A DNA stretch of 64,000 nucleotides from Candidatus Woesearchaeota archaeon (GTDB taxonomy: Archaea > Nanobdellota > Nanobdellia > Woesearchaeales > JABIAG01): the NCBI GenBank assembly GCA_018653365.1, contig JABIAG010000001.1, forward strand, positions 480,001-544,000, written 5' to 3'. This document shows, piece by piece, positions 9,594 through 18,862 of the stretch. Position numbers and translations under genes: made by a program. Under the pieces are notes generated by a model that ran no database searches, was not told the DNA's origin, and saw only the letters and a list, made by a program, of their open reading frames with translations. Position 1 is the first letter of the stretch. Each line of letters opens with the position of its first letter.

Positions 9594-10758
9594 CTTCAGA
9601 AGCTAATCTTACTGGAAAGAATAAACCAATAAGAATAAAGACTGCACAACCAATAAAGACTATTGGCAAACTTATTGTAGCAAGTCCTGCTAAAGTTCCA
9701 ATAATCATAATATCAAACAAGGAATCCAATCCAGAGAATAAAGACAATACTGTTGATCTGCTCTTGGTAATATAATCATTTGCTACTTGTGTCATAATGG
9801 GGGTTCTTAACCTTCTTAGTACGAATAATGCCACAAATACGATTAAAGCTACAATAAGAATATTTCCTAAAAATGCGGCTGCAAGAAACGCAACAAGATT
9901 TAAAATAGCAATTGAATAAATCAAAGTTTTAGTTTTAAACTTATTCTCAAACCATTCGATTTTGTTAAGAACAAAGTAAACGAACAGATAAGATAAAGCG
10001 TAAATTAAACCAAACCACATAACCGCAACCCCCGCATTAGTTAAGAATGGTTGAGCCATTTCTCTAAAAGCCCAGAAAGGAATATAAATAAACATTTGAC
10101 CAATTGCCATTAAAAAATAAGGCGATTTTCTTATGAATCTAAAACCTTCCTTAAGATGTTCATAAGGATGAATCAATCTTGAAAGTTCATGAGATTTAGG
10201 AGTTGTTAACTTAAATAATAAACCAAGCTTTACAAGACTAAAAACAATTCCTAAAACAATTACAATAATAAACTGCATTTCAGTCAAATCTTTAGCAATG
10301 TACGCCCCAAAGATAACTGCAATAGCTAAAGCAATCTGAGGAGCAGAAGTTATCTTGCCCCAAACCTTACTCATAGTATGTTTCTTTCCTATCTCTTCCA
10401 ACGACTCATAAATTAAAGCATCTTTCACACCTGAATGGAAAGTAGTTGAAATACCAACCAAAGCCGCAATCAAATAAAACATCCATTTATCAAAAGCAAA
10501 AATCAATAACACTATGGATAAAATAAATATTAATTGCGAAACGATTAAAGAAGCTTTATGGCCATATTTATCAGCAAAGGTTCCAGTAGGAACTTCAAAA
10601 ATCAATGAAAAAACAACATCAATAACAAACAATATTAAAATATCCGACAAGGTCAAACCCCTATGCAAATAGAATAAAGTCAATACCGGGACTAAAAAGC
10701 TAATACTACCAAAAAACGAAGCCCAAAAATATATTTTTGGGTTATCTTTAACCGCCAT
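9583..10758 (-). CDS. MFS transporter
   Basis: EVPTGTFADKYGHK motif A; about 12 TM segments. Confidence 0.92.
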   Translation of the reverse strand: MAVKDNPKIYFWASFFGSISFLVPVLTLFYLHRGLTLSDILILFVIDVVFSLIFEVPTGTFADKYGHKASLIVSQLIFILSIVLLIFAFDKWMFYLIAALVGISTTFHSGVKDALIYESLEEIGKKHTMSKVWGKITSAPQIALAIAVIFGAYIAKDLTEMQFIIVIVLGIVFSLVKLGLLFKLTTPKSHELSRLIHPYEHLKEGFRFIRKSPYFLMAIGQMFIYIPFWAFREMAQPFLTNAGVAVMWFGLIYALSYLFVYFVLNKIEWFENKFKTKTLIYSIAILNLVAFLAAAFLGNILIVALIVFVALFVLRRLRTPIMTQVANDYITKSRSTVLSLFSGLDSLFDIMIIGTLAGLATISLPIVFIGCAVFILIGLFFPVRLASEVKS

Positions 10759-10792
10759 ACCGCTAATATTCTAATATTAAGTATTTAAATCT

Positions 10793-10951
10793 TTATCCAA
10801 AACCTCTTCTTAACAACTCTTTCTTAACACTCATTCTAATAAAAGAAGAAACAGAAATGTTTTCTCCACATATATCTTGTATTTTTTCCCATAATTCAAG
10901 AGATATGCTTATACTTCTCGATCTAGTCCGTTTTCTAACTCTTTCAAGCAT
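10793..10951 (-). CDS. 52-aa ribbon-helix-helix protein (not in ORF track)
   Basis: Manual translation MLERVRKRTRSRSISISLELWEKIQDICGENISVSSFIRMSVKKELLRRGFG. Confidence 0.7.
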   Translation of the reverse strand: MLERVRKRTRSRSISISLELWEKIQDICGENISVSSFIRMSVKKELLRRGFG

Positions 10952-11106
10952 TTTAGTATCTCCTCCAATTTGGTTGTTAGTGAAGATTCCATTAAGGCCA
11001 TAAAACGAATATAATCACTTTTCTTAACAAAACCAAGCTTTTCAGCTCTTAATTGGATTTCTCTTTCTTGTTCTTCAGAAAGCAATAACTCATATCTTTT
11101 CTTCAT
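10909..11106 (-). CDS. RHH protein (NikA/MobC-like)
   Basis: beta-strand, helix and GF.KKSDYIR pattern; similar to 32326-32532. Confidence 0.7.
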   Translation of the reverse strand: MKKRYELLLSEEQEREIQLRAEKLGFVKKSDYIRFMALMESSLTTKLEEILKCLKELENGLDREV

Positions 11107-11573
11107 AATAATAAGAATATCTAACTTTTATTTAAACCCCTCACGAGTGTCTTTCCCAGAGTTTCTACCCCCGTTTACTTTATTATGAATTTTTCAGTAC
11201 TATCTGCTGGGTTTTTATCAAGAAGCATCAATAAAGCATTTCTTCCATTTAAATCAATAAGATAATAATGTAAACAATCGCCTTTTTTAATAAGTTTCCT
11301 AAAATAAGCTCTTTTGCCAATGTTAGAAAGTGGTAACTTTTCTTCTCTTGGATTCTTAATTTCCAACCAACTCCCGCAAATTTAGCTATAAATGTCATGA
11401 TTATGAAACAAGATGAACTGCTATGACAGTTTACCCTTTTTGAATAGCCTCTTTTTTACGTCAAAATCATTAATTTTAACAATTATTAAAGAACCAAGAA
11501 TAGTTTATAAAGAACACCTTATACTTACTCAATTTGATTATTAAACTACTTGATGGAAATGTTGTGCGCTTAC

Positions 11574-11639
11574 TTGTGCGGTTTAATTTTAACAATACAG
11601 AAGCTCAGGGCCAATAATTCGCTACTTTGTGCGGTTTAA
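11574..11639. repeat. 13-bp direct repeat TTGTGCGGTTTAA x2 (plus partial copy at 11562)
   Basis: Copies at 11574-11586 and 11627-11639. Confidence 0.7.
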
Positions 11640-14639
11640 ATTGCTATTAATAACAGAGTTTTTTTGACCGCTAAATTGTAACTGCACAAATTCCTTTATT
11701 TCATGACGCAATAACATTTTTAGACCGTGCTTGGCAAAACTGTTTTTGATTCTATTTCCTGTTAATATAATATAAGCACGCTTCCCATAATCTCTTACTA
11801 TATTCTCAAACTTTTCTTTTTTGTTCTTTCTATTTTCTCTTAAACATATGCCGGTTTCAACTTCTAAACCTATCTTTTGTCCTAATTTATTCTTAAAAAC
11901 AACATCGGGTTTCTTAGTCTGATAACATTTAACCTCTTTTGTATACTTTCTTATCTCTTCTGCAATTATTGCAACTAAAAAAGTATGTTCAGCAGATTCA
12001 GGATGATTAGGCTTAACATAATAAGGAAAAGGACCGGATTCAAGATTATGACACTTCATAAGCACATAATTGTGATTATTCAACATATTAATTTGTAAAG
12101 GAGTTAAACCTTTAGCTCCATGAAATGGCTTGTTAATGTCAATATTAGCTTTTTCATCTTCCTTATCATCCTTTACTTTAGGCAGTTTAGCCTCACCTAA
12201 GCTTATAAGCTCATTAGGATTGGTGGTTATTAGTTTATGCTCCTCTTCACTCGCAACTACCTTTAATTCTTGATGATCATTATCCATAATTAAAACACCA
12301 TCTCCGGGCATGGCAGATAACAAATAATCTTGTTCTGGCTGACTTAAATTAAATGTTGTTGCTACACTTCTTATTACCGCTGGTTTTTGTCTTAGAAGAA
12401 AAGTATAAGAAGTATTAGAAAGAACAGCATGACCTGCCTTTGAAGCAACTAAATCAGCAACATCCTGAGTAATCATCAACAACCCCAAATTATGCTTTCT
12501 ACACGTCTTAACAATTTCAAAAATATAACTTGATTCTTTAGCAGTCTGCAATAAAGACCAAGCTTCATCAATAACAAAAACCTTCTTTCTATTTGTACCT
12601 TTCATCTTCATATAAACATAATCAAGAACTAAATACATAACAACGGGTTTGACCTGTTTAGGCATGTTACCAATATTAAAACACAAAAAATTATTATCAA
12701 AGTTAATTCTGGTTTTTCTATCAAGAAAACCAAAAACACCCCGTTCAGTGTACATCTGCAAACGATTAAGTAATGCTCGATAAGTTACTTTTTCCTGCTG
12801 AACAGAAGCCTTTTCTAACTTACTTAAAGTTAAAAAAAGATCAGACATTATTGGTGGTTCATGACTATTATAATCATCTCTTGTTATCCCACAGTTCTCA
12901 TAAGTTAAGTCAATAGCTCTATCAAGAATAGACTTTTGTAATTCATTAAGGTCCTTAAACATTATTTGAAATAAATCCATCAAACTAAGCCTTTTTTCAA
13001 GATACTCATGCCCCATAAGATCCAACGGATTAATAATAGTTTCAGAATCCTTAGAAATAGTTATACACTCACCACCATAATGCTGTGTAATAGCCAAATA
13101 CTCCCCCTGAGGATCAATAATTATGATATCTGTTCCATTCATAAACTGTCTTGCAATAAGAAGCTTAGTAAAATAACTCTTACCACCTCCCGATGTTGAA
13201 AGAACAAGACCATTAGCATTAGCTAAGTTGAAGATGTTTTTAATTAATGGAATGCCATTCTTATTTAACCCTAATAAAATGCCATCATTATCAATATTTA
13301 AAAAAGGACTTGAAAAAGGAAAAAAAGCAGCTAATCCTTTTGTGTGAATATTTCTTGTAAGTTTTAAAGCATTATTAGCTAAAGGAAGCATACTAGTATA
13401 ACTCTCCATCATCTGAAACAAAGGAGGCTTATTCTGAATCATCAAAGAATCTAACTCAGCTTTAACCTTTTTAGAAAGCAAATCAATCTCTTCCTTATCT
13501 CTGCCCTTACACATAACATATAAAGAAACATCAAAAAGCTTCTGCTGACCCTTTTGTAAATCTGTTAAAATTTCCTTTGTAGCTTTGAACTTAATATCCA
13601 AACTTGGATTAAGAATACCTTTTTGAGAATCAACATACAAATCAGCTTGTTGCTTTTGCAAATCCCTATTTAACTGAATCATCATCATGTCAATTGGATA
13701 CGGTTGAATATGAATACTAATATCATATTTATCCCCCGAACCAATAATTCTGTCTAAAAAACCTTTTTCAACAGAACTAGGATAACCAAAAACTGCGATG
13801 AGTTTACAAAATAAGTTATCAATAGCAAAATGATCTGGGAAGAATTTAACTTCATTAGGAGAAAACAAGAAATGGGCAACTTCCTTAATCTCTTTTTCAA
13901 CCTTCTTATCTTTCATAACAGCAAACAACTTAATAAGAGAATTATCAGTTAATCTCTTTACTTTTAAACCAATATTAGAAAGCTTCTCAGCACAAACATC
14001 AGCTTGTACCTCAATATTATCTTTTTCCCTTATTATTATGTAAAAATTCCTATTCTGAACACCATTAACTTCAATAGACCTTTCTATAAACTGCTTATAT
14101 GATTCAAATAACGAGTTTGATCTTTCAGTATTTGCAAGCTTGCCAATATGTTCAAAATGATCTTTCAAAGAAATAGGATTAGTAGTAATATGGATTTGGA
14201 TAGGAAAATCTAAACTGTTTAAAAACTTCTGAAATCCAATAAGAATAGCTTCCTTCTCATCATCGGTCTTAAGCATAAAATTCATAGGAATAACTTCCAA
14301 AATAGCAAGCTTGCTCTTAGACTGAATTATAGTATTATTTCGTATAGCTTTAATATCAACTATGCTCTGAAGAATCTGACTTAAAACACTTACTTTAGGA
14401 TTCTTCTTATAATTATAAAAGTTTTTAAGCTTATTTTTCCCATCAAAAAACATAAAAAAAGCAGCAGTACAAAGAATAAATAAAATAATCGTGCTTGTCA
14501 CTTCCACAGACAAACCAGACTTAAAAGCAATAATAAAACAGATTAAGAATGTGGGTAGAGCATAAACAAGTTGAGAGAAGGTTAAACCAAACAAAATCTT
14601 CTCCTTATGCTGAAGCGGAGGAGGGATGTCGTAAGCCAT
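11622..14639 (-). CDS. PrgI-domain / VirB4-like ATPase / C-terminal PD-(D/E)XK-like fusion protein
   Basis: N-terminal YDIP..L...EKILFGLTF.Q + 2 TM (PrgI); STSGGGKS, IIDPQGEY, IDEAW, RK, ITQ (VirB4/TraC); C-terminal KPDVV...GLEVETG. Confidence 0.85.
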   Translation of the reverse strand: MAYDIPPPLQHKEKILFGLTFSQLVYALPTFLICFIIAFKSGLSVEVTSTIILFILCTAAFFMFFDGKNKLKNFYNYKKNPKVSVLSQILQSIVDIKAIRNNTIIQSKSKLAILEVIPMNFMLKTDDEKEAILIGFQKFLNSLDFPIQIHITTNPISLKDHFEHIGKLANTERSNSLFESYKQFIERSIEVNGVQNRNFYIIIREKDNIEVQADVCAEKLSNIGLKVKRLTDNSLIKLFAVMKDKKVEKEIKEVAHFLFSPNEVKFFPDHFAIDNLFCKLIAVFGYPSSVEKGFLDRIIGSGDKYDISIHIQPYPIDMMMIQLNRDLQKQQADLYVDSQKGILNPSLDIKFKATKEILTDLQKGQQKLFDVSLYVMCKGRDKEEIDLLSKKVKAELDSLMIQNKPPLFQMMESYTSMLPLANNALKLTRNIHTKGLAAFFPFSSPFLNIDNDGILLGLNKNGIPLIKNIFNLANANGLVLSTSGGGKSYFTKLLIARQFMNGTDIIIIDPQGEYLAITQHYGGECITISKDSETIINPLDLMGHEYLEKRLSLMDLFQIMFKDLNELQKSILDRAIDLTYENCGITRDDYNSHEPPIMSDLFLTLSKLEKASVQQEKVTYRALLNRLQMYTERGVFGFLDRKTRINFDNNFLCFNIGNMPKQVKPVVMYLVLDYVYMKMKGTNRKKVFVIDEAWSLLQTAKESSYIFEIVKTCRKHNLGLLMITQDVADLVASKAGHAVLSNTSYTFLLRQKPAVIRSVATTFNLSQPEQDYLLSAMPGDGVLIMDNDHQELKVVASEEEHKLITTNPNELISLGEAKLPKVKDDKEDEKANIDINKPFHGAKGLTPLQINMLNNHNYVLMKCHNLESGPFPYYVKPNHPESAEHTFLVAIIAEEIRKYTKEVKCYQTKKPDVVFKNKLGQKIGLEVETGICLRENRKNKKEKFENIVRDYGKRAYIILTGNRIKNSFAKHGLKMLLRHEIKEFVQLQFSGQKNSVINSNLNRTK

Positions 14640-14692
14640 AAAATAAAACTGATTAAATTATATAATAAGGGGTTTAATAGAAATTACGTGAT

Positions 14693-15403
14693 TTATTGTA
14701 TAATCTTCTCGCTTAAATCTCCTGCTTTATTAACAATATAACCTTTTGCTACCCAATACATACTACTCATTACTGTAGATACGCAGGTAGGACAGGTTCG
14801 TGCAAAGGTGGTAAGTCCAAATGTTCGCGAAAAGCTTCCCACACCAGAAAAAACAAGTTTATGAACTCCCCCACTAGTTATTAACATCAATTCCACTGTG
14901 AAAGAAACTGACTTCTTTAAAACTAAGTCAACAGAAGAAGAATCAGTTTTATCAAGAGAATAACAAGCTCCTACAAGTTCATTATAATTATCTACTAAAG
15001 GTGCATAACGATTTAAATTATTATTAAACTTGTGATAATTATCTGAAGCCTTACCAAAAAGCTTCATCTCTTTGTCAATTTTATCATTATATACGTTAAT
15101 TACAAAATTTAACTTATCAACCATTAATTTATAATCTTCATAGGAATAAAATTCTTTAACATCAAGCTTTTTTAGATTGGCTTTTTTAATGGGATTTGCT
15201 ATACTTTTTGCTAAATCATATTTAAGTTCAAACTGCGCACTTTCGTTTTTCTTAAGATCTGATAAATAATCTTTGGAAGAATCTACGATTTTAACAATGT
15301 TACCAGTCACTTTATTGTGTTCTTTCTCTGTACATGCAATTAATAAAAACAGCAAAAACAGAACGAAAATAATCGATAACCTCATCGTCCTTTGTTTTTG
15401 CAA
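14693..15403 (-). CDS. putative lipoprotein / exported protein
   Basis: Hydrophobic N-terminus ending in LLIA-C. Confidence 0.65.
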   Translation of the reverse strand: MQKQRTMRLSIIFVLFLLFLLIACTEKEHNKVTGNIVKIVDSSKDYLSDLKKNESAQFELKYDLAKSIANPIKKANLKKLDVKEFYSYEDYKLMVDKLNFVINVYNDKIDKEMKLFGKASDNYHKFNNNLNRYAPLVDNYNELVGACYSLDKTDSSSVDLVLKKSVSFTVELMLITSGGVHKLVFSGVGSFSRTFGLTTFARTCPTCVSTVMSSMYWVAKGYIVNKAGDLSEKIIQ

Positions 15404-15666
15404 CCTCTCGCTCTCATCCTTTGGTTTATTGACCCATCTTTGTTTGACATATTACCCACTTGTCGTCCATACCTGTCTTTTGCGACTGGTTTCCAAATAA
15501 CAACCCCTTTGCTTCTTCCAGTCATACTTGCAACACGTCTTGTTGCTTTACTTCCACCGAATTGATGTCTTTCGGGAGCACGAACATTATTTAATCTAAA
15601 TTTTGTTCCATCAGTAAATGTGCCCGAATCTCCATCAATCCAATGATCAACTCTTTTTCTTATCAT
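15382..15666 (-). CDS. short thermonuclease (SNase) family protein
   Basis: IDGD, RL..V.APE and DRYGR motifs; GGAGGT RBS. Confidence 0.88.
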   Translation of the reverse strand: MIRKRVDHWIDGDSGTFTDGTKFRLNNVRAPERHQFGGSKATRRVASMTGRSKGVVIWKPVAKDRYGRQVGNMSNKDGSINQRMRARGCKNKGR

Positions 15667-15678
15667 TTTAGACCTCCG

Positions 15679-15855
15679 TTACCTTTTTGAGTTTCCAATA
15701 CACCAATGACAATTATCAAAACCAGCAGCATGTGCTTGTTGAAGTGTATAAAAACCTTCTTTATGTTCTTCTTTTATTTCATTTAGTTGACATTGTTTTT
15801 TTTCATTGTCAATATCATGAACTTCCATTGTGTTTTTATTTCCTAAATATTTCAT
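15679..15855 (-). CDS. 58-aa Ada-type metal-binding-like protein (not in ORF track)
   Basis: Manual translation MKYLGNKNTMEVHDIDNEKKQCQLNEIKEEHKEGFYTLQQAHAAGFDNCHWCIGNSKR; GGTGAT RBS. Confidence 0.8.
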   Translation of the reverse strand: MKYLGNKNTMEVHDIDNEKKQCQLNEIKEEHKEGFYTLQQAHAAGFDNCHWCIGNSKR

Positions 15856-15991
15856 TTTTTATCACCTTAAACAAAATTAATTTTAAGACATAATTAGTTT
15901 TCTGAAGTTATTGGCGAATATTTGTATCAATTGCGAGTATTATTACCAAATAATAATAAAAATTATAAATAACCACATATTCTTAAATAAA

Positions 15992-16666
15992 ATGATGAAA
16001 AAAGATATGATTAGAAATGCTCTTACGAGTTTTAAAAATTTGTCAAAAAGTCAAGCAGATGCATTGATAATCATAATAAAACAACAAAAAAAATTGACTA
16101 AAACTGAAATAGTTAATCTTTTGGATAAAGAGAATATATCTAATAAACAAACTGCTTATCGATTGCTAAATGAATTAGTAACGAGAAAAGTTCTTTTTAT
16201 AGACAATAATTATTATCAACCAATAAATACGCGAATGCTGATTGATGATTGCAATAACTCATTAACGTTAATGGAAACTGAAATAGAAGGATTGGAAATT
16301 ACTGCAGATTGGGAGAAGTCTGATCCAAGTAATAGAGCCAAAATAATAGTTCAAGAACATGAAATTATACACGAAATTTATGGGATACAAAGCCAAAATT
16401 GTGATATGTATTATTACTATAAAGAAAATGATAATAATTTGAGTTTTTGGAAAACTCTTAAGGAACGATTTAATGGTATTAAACTCGAAAAAGGTACATA
16501 TAATTGTATAGTATTCATAAATAAAGACAATAAACCTTTTGAGTCGGGAGTAATAATATTGTCGAAGAGAGTTACAAAACAGGGTGCAAACCAGTATTAT
16601 GGTAGTCTAATTTTTGATGAAGAACTACCTAAGAAGTTTATGAAAAAGAGGGGAAAAGATGAATAA
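15992..16666 (+). CDS. TrmB-like wHTH transcriptional regulator
   Basis: LSKSQA..L...LT..EI...AYRLLNEL wHTH; ATG 15992 preferred; divergent from the SNase operon. Confidence 0.6.
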   Translation: MMKKDMIRNALTSFKNLSKSQADALIIIIKQQKKLTKTEIVNLLDKENISNKQTAYRLLNELVTRKVLFIDNNYYQPINTRMLIDDCNNSLTLMETEIEGLEITADWEKSDPSNRAKIIVQEHEIIHEIYGIQSQNCDMYYYYKENDNNLSFWKTLKERFNGIKLEKGTYNCIVFINKDNKPFESGVIILSKRVTKQGANQYYGSLIFDEELPKKFMKKRGKDE

Positions 16667-17096
16667 AACATTAAAAATAAATGAGTTAATTATACTTGTA
16701 GTGGGATTTATTGGCTGTGTTTATGGGAGAACATTTATACAAAAGCTCTTTTTTTTGATTGAGAATGAATTATTTAAAGATATGGATTTAAATTATATTA
16801 AATATCATTATGGCCCCTATAGTACTGAATTAAGAGATGCAGTTGAAGCATTGAAGAGAAAAGAACTTATTAAAGATGTGTGCATCATAATGGATGGACA
16901 TGTGGGACACTGTTATGAGTTAACGGAAAAAGGCAAACACAAATTTACTTCTTTAGATACTAAAACTAGTCGAGTGGCATCAAAGCTTAATTCTTTTTGT
17001 GATAGATATAAAGAGTATAAACCTAGTGAGTTATTAAGATTAGTATATTCCAAATATCCGCTTTGGACAGTGAATAGTGTGCTGGTAAACAACTAA
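16659..17096 (+). CDS. Panacea/SocA (DUF4065)-like antitoxin domain protein
   Basis: GRT.IQKL.F, Y.YGPYS.EL and L...VY..YP motifs. Confidence 0.8.
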   Translation: MNKTLKINELIILVVGFIGCVYGRTFIQKLFFLIENELFKDMDLNYIKYHYGPYSTELRDAVEALKRKELIKDVCIIMDGHVGHCYELTEKGKHKFTSLDTKTSRVASKLNSFCDRYKEYKPSELLRLVYSKYPLWTVNSVLVNN

Positions 17097-18532
17097 TTAA
17101 TTTTTTTTAATTTTTTAATAATCCAAACCATTCCTTCAGTATCTAAACCGCAATACTTTAATAGGTTTTTTCTAATTTCTTCTTTGTTTTCTAGTTTAGG
17201 CTTAATATGACTATAAAAGTATAACATACTTGCATCTGAACCATTATTAATTTCAAGTTCTGAATAACTTTTTCCAGTAATTGCAGGTAAAACTTTCTTT
17301 ATTGAGTAAGACCCTTTTTGAGATTTATTATAATAATCAAACGCTCTAAACGGATCTGCTAAATCAACAATCCTATTTATTGCTTGTTCAAGCCAATCTT
17401 TATGTTCTGGAAAATCTTCAGCTAGTTTTTTCATAACACTTATCTCAAATGATTTATTAAATACTATAATATCTCCTGTGCCTTCTAGATCTGTTTTCAT
17501 TTGATCTAATAACTTAAATCGTGGGTCTTTAGTTCCTTCTGCTAAAAACTCTTTATGCTCTATTGCACCATCTTCTTGTTCAATATGCAACGAATATTGA
17601 AAAGGCATCTTCTGATAAGGCCCAGACTTATCAAAAATAGGAACTGCAGTATCAAAAGTTTCAAAATCAAAATGAAACAAAGGATAATTCAAATCATCCA
17701 AAAACAACCTGGCCTTTTCTTTATTAACCTGAACTTTATTAGTTTTAACAGCTTCAATCATAATCTTATCCTTCTCTGAAAGCTTGGTACCCTGTGGAAT
17801 ATCCTCTAAATCTTTGATGCCCTCTTCTAATAATTTCCAATAAACTCTCCAATTAGTGAGTTGTAAAACATTATTCTCTGGAAGAGTTGCCCAACAATTT
17901 TTTTTCAAAGGACAATCATAAGGTTTATTGCAGTACATAGAAATATGCATTTCGGGGGACTTATCTTGATTAATAACATCCATAAACAATTTAGATTTTT
18001 CTTCAATATCATTAATTAAACTAACTTTTTCCGTTACTTCTTCAACAATAGCTAATTCTTTGGAGTTTATTTCACCGTTTTTTACATAGTCTTTATTTAA
18101 GTAAATTAAAAAGCATTTATTTATTTTTAATCCACATTTTTCTATTACATGTTTTTGAAATGCCAAATCAGGGATATGTGGGGGTTTAGCTTTAGAAGTT
18201 GATTTAATTTCATACAAATCCCAACCCTCTTTTGTGGGTATTATTAAGTCAGATCTTACAAATAAATCATCAATCATAAAGCTTGCTTCAAATATGGTGT
18301 TGCTTTGTTCAATTAACTGTTTTGTTTTAATTAAATTCTCTTTGAAGTCAAGCCCTTTTAGATCTTTCGCATCAGGATATAATTTCTTAACATATTCTTC
18401 AAACTCATAACCTTGACTAAACTTATGTTCATCAGAAAGAGTAATCTCAGGAAGAAGCTTTTTATTAGCATGCCATAATAACCTATGACACTGCAAACCA
18501 TTTAAGTATTTGGATTTAGTTAGTAGTGTCAT
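17093..18532 (-). CDS. DUF2779-type protein (Cas4-like PD-(D/E)XK domain + RNase H-fold exonuclease-like domain)
   Basis: TKSKY..GLQC..LLW, RSD...YEIKS, C-x5-C-x5-C cluster; DFET, FN.SFE and YC.LD motifs. Confidence 0.85.
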   Translation of the reverse strand: MTLLTKSKYLNGLQCHRLLWHANKKLLPEITLSDEHKFSQGYEFEEYVKKLYPDAKDLKGLDFKENLIKTKQLIEQSNTIFEASFMIDDLFVRSDLIIPTKEGWDLYEIKSTSKAKPPHIPDLAFQKHVIEKCGLKINKCFLIYLNKDYVKNGEINSKELAIVEEVTEKVSLINDIEEKSKLFMDVINQDKSPEMHISMYCNKPYDCPLKKNCWATLPENNVLQLTNWRVYWKLLEEGIKDLEDIPQGTKLSEKDKIMIEAVKTNKVQVNKEKARLFLDDLNYPLFHFDFETFDTAVPIFDKSGPYQKMPFQYSLHIEQEDGAIEHKEFLAEGTKDPRFKLLDQMKTDLEGTGDIIVFNKSFEISVMKKLAEDFPEHKDWLEQAINRIVDLADPFRAFDYYNKSQKGSYSIKKVLPAITGKSYSELEINNGSDASMLYFYSHIKPKLENKEEIRKNLLKYCGLDTEGMVWIIKKLKKIN

Positions 18533-18538
18533 TTTGAT

Positions 18539-18862
18539 TTATCGAAGTCTTTTCTTCATATGTTCAGCTGCTTGCTTTTCAGCTTCTGCTGTTGCTATTT
18601 TTGCTGCTTTTTGTGCTTCTGCAACTTCACCTTTTGGACTTATTGAAAGATTTACTTTTTGAACTTGTTCAGCCTCAACTTTTGCACCAAAATTAACTAT
18701 CTGAATATCTAATCCTCCGCCAACTTTTCCTTTTACTACGGCGGACAATTCTAATTTAATAGGTTCGGATAGTTCCCAATCAGCCCCCAATCCTTCAACA
18801 GTCGATTCTTTTGTTTTCTTAATAAAATCTGCCAAAGAAGTTTCAACTTTATCTTCACTCAT
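18539..18862 (-). CDS. Trypco2-like domain protein
   Basis: LADFI...I.LELS.V.....GGGL.I.IV..GA......QKV.LSI.P pattern. Confidence 0.65.
   Translation of the reverse strand: MSEDKVETSLADFIKKTKESTVEGLGADWELSEPIKLELSAVVKGKVGGGLDIQIVNFGAKVEAEQVQKVNLSISPKGEVAEAQKAAKIATAEAEKQAAEHMKKRLR

Noticed and set aside
11175-11366. 63-aa ORF between VirB4 and the RHH genes
   Set aside because: TTG start and no recognisable motif; it may be a remnant, but support is insufficient.
15687-15893. 68-aa plus-strand ORF
   Set aside because: Antisense shadow of the better supported 15679-15855 gene.
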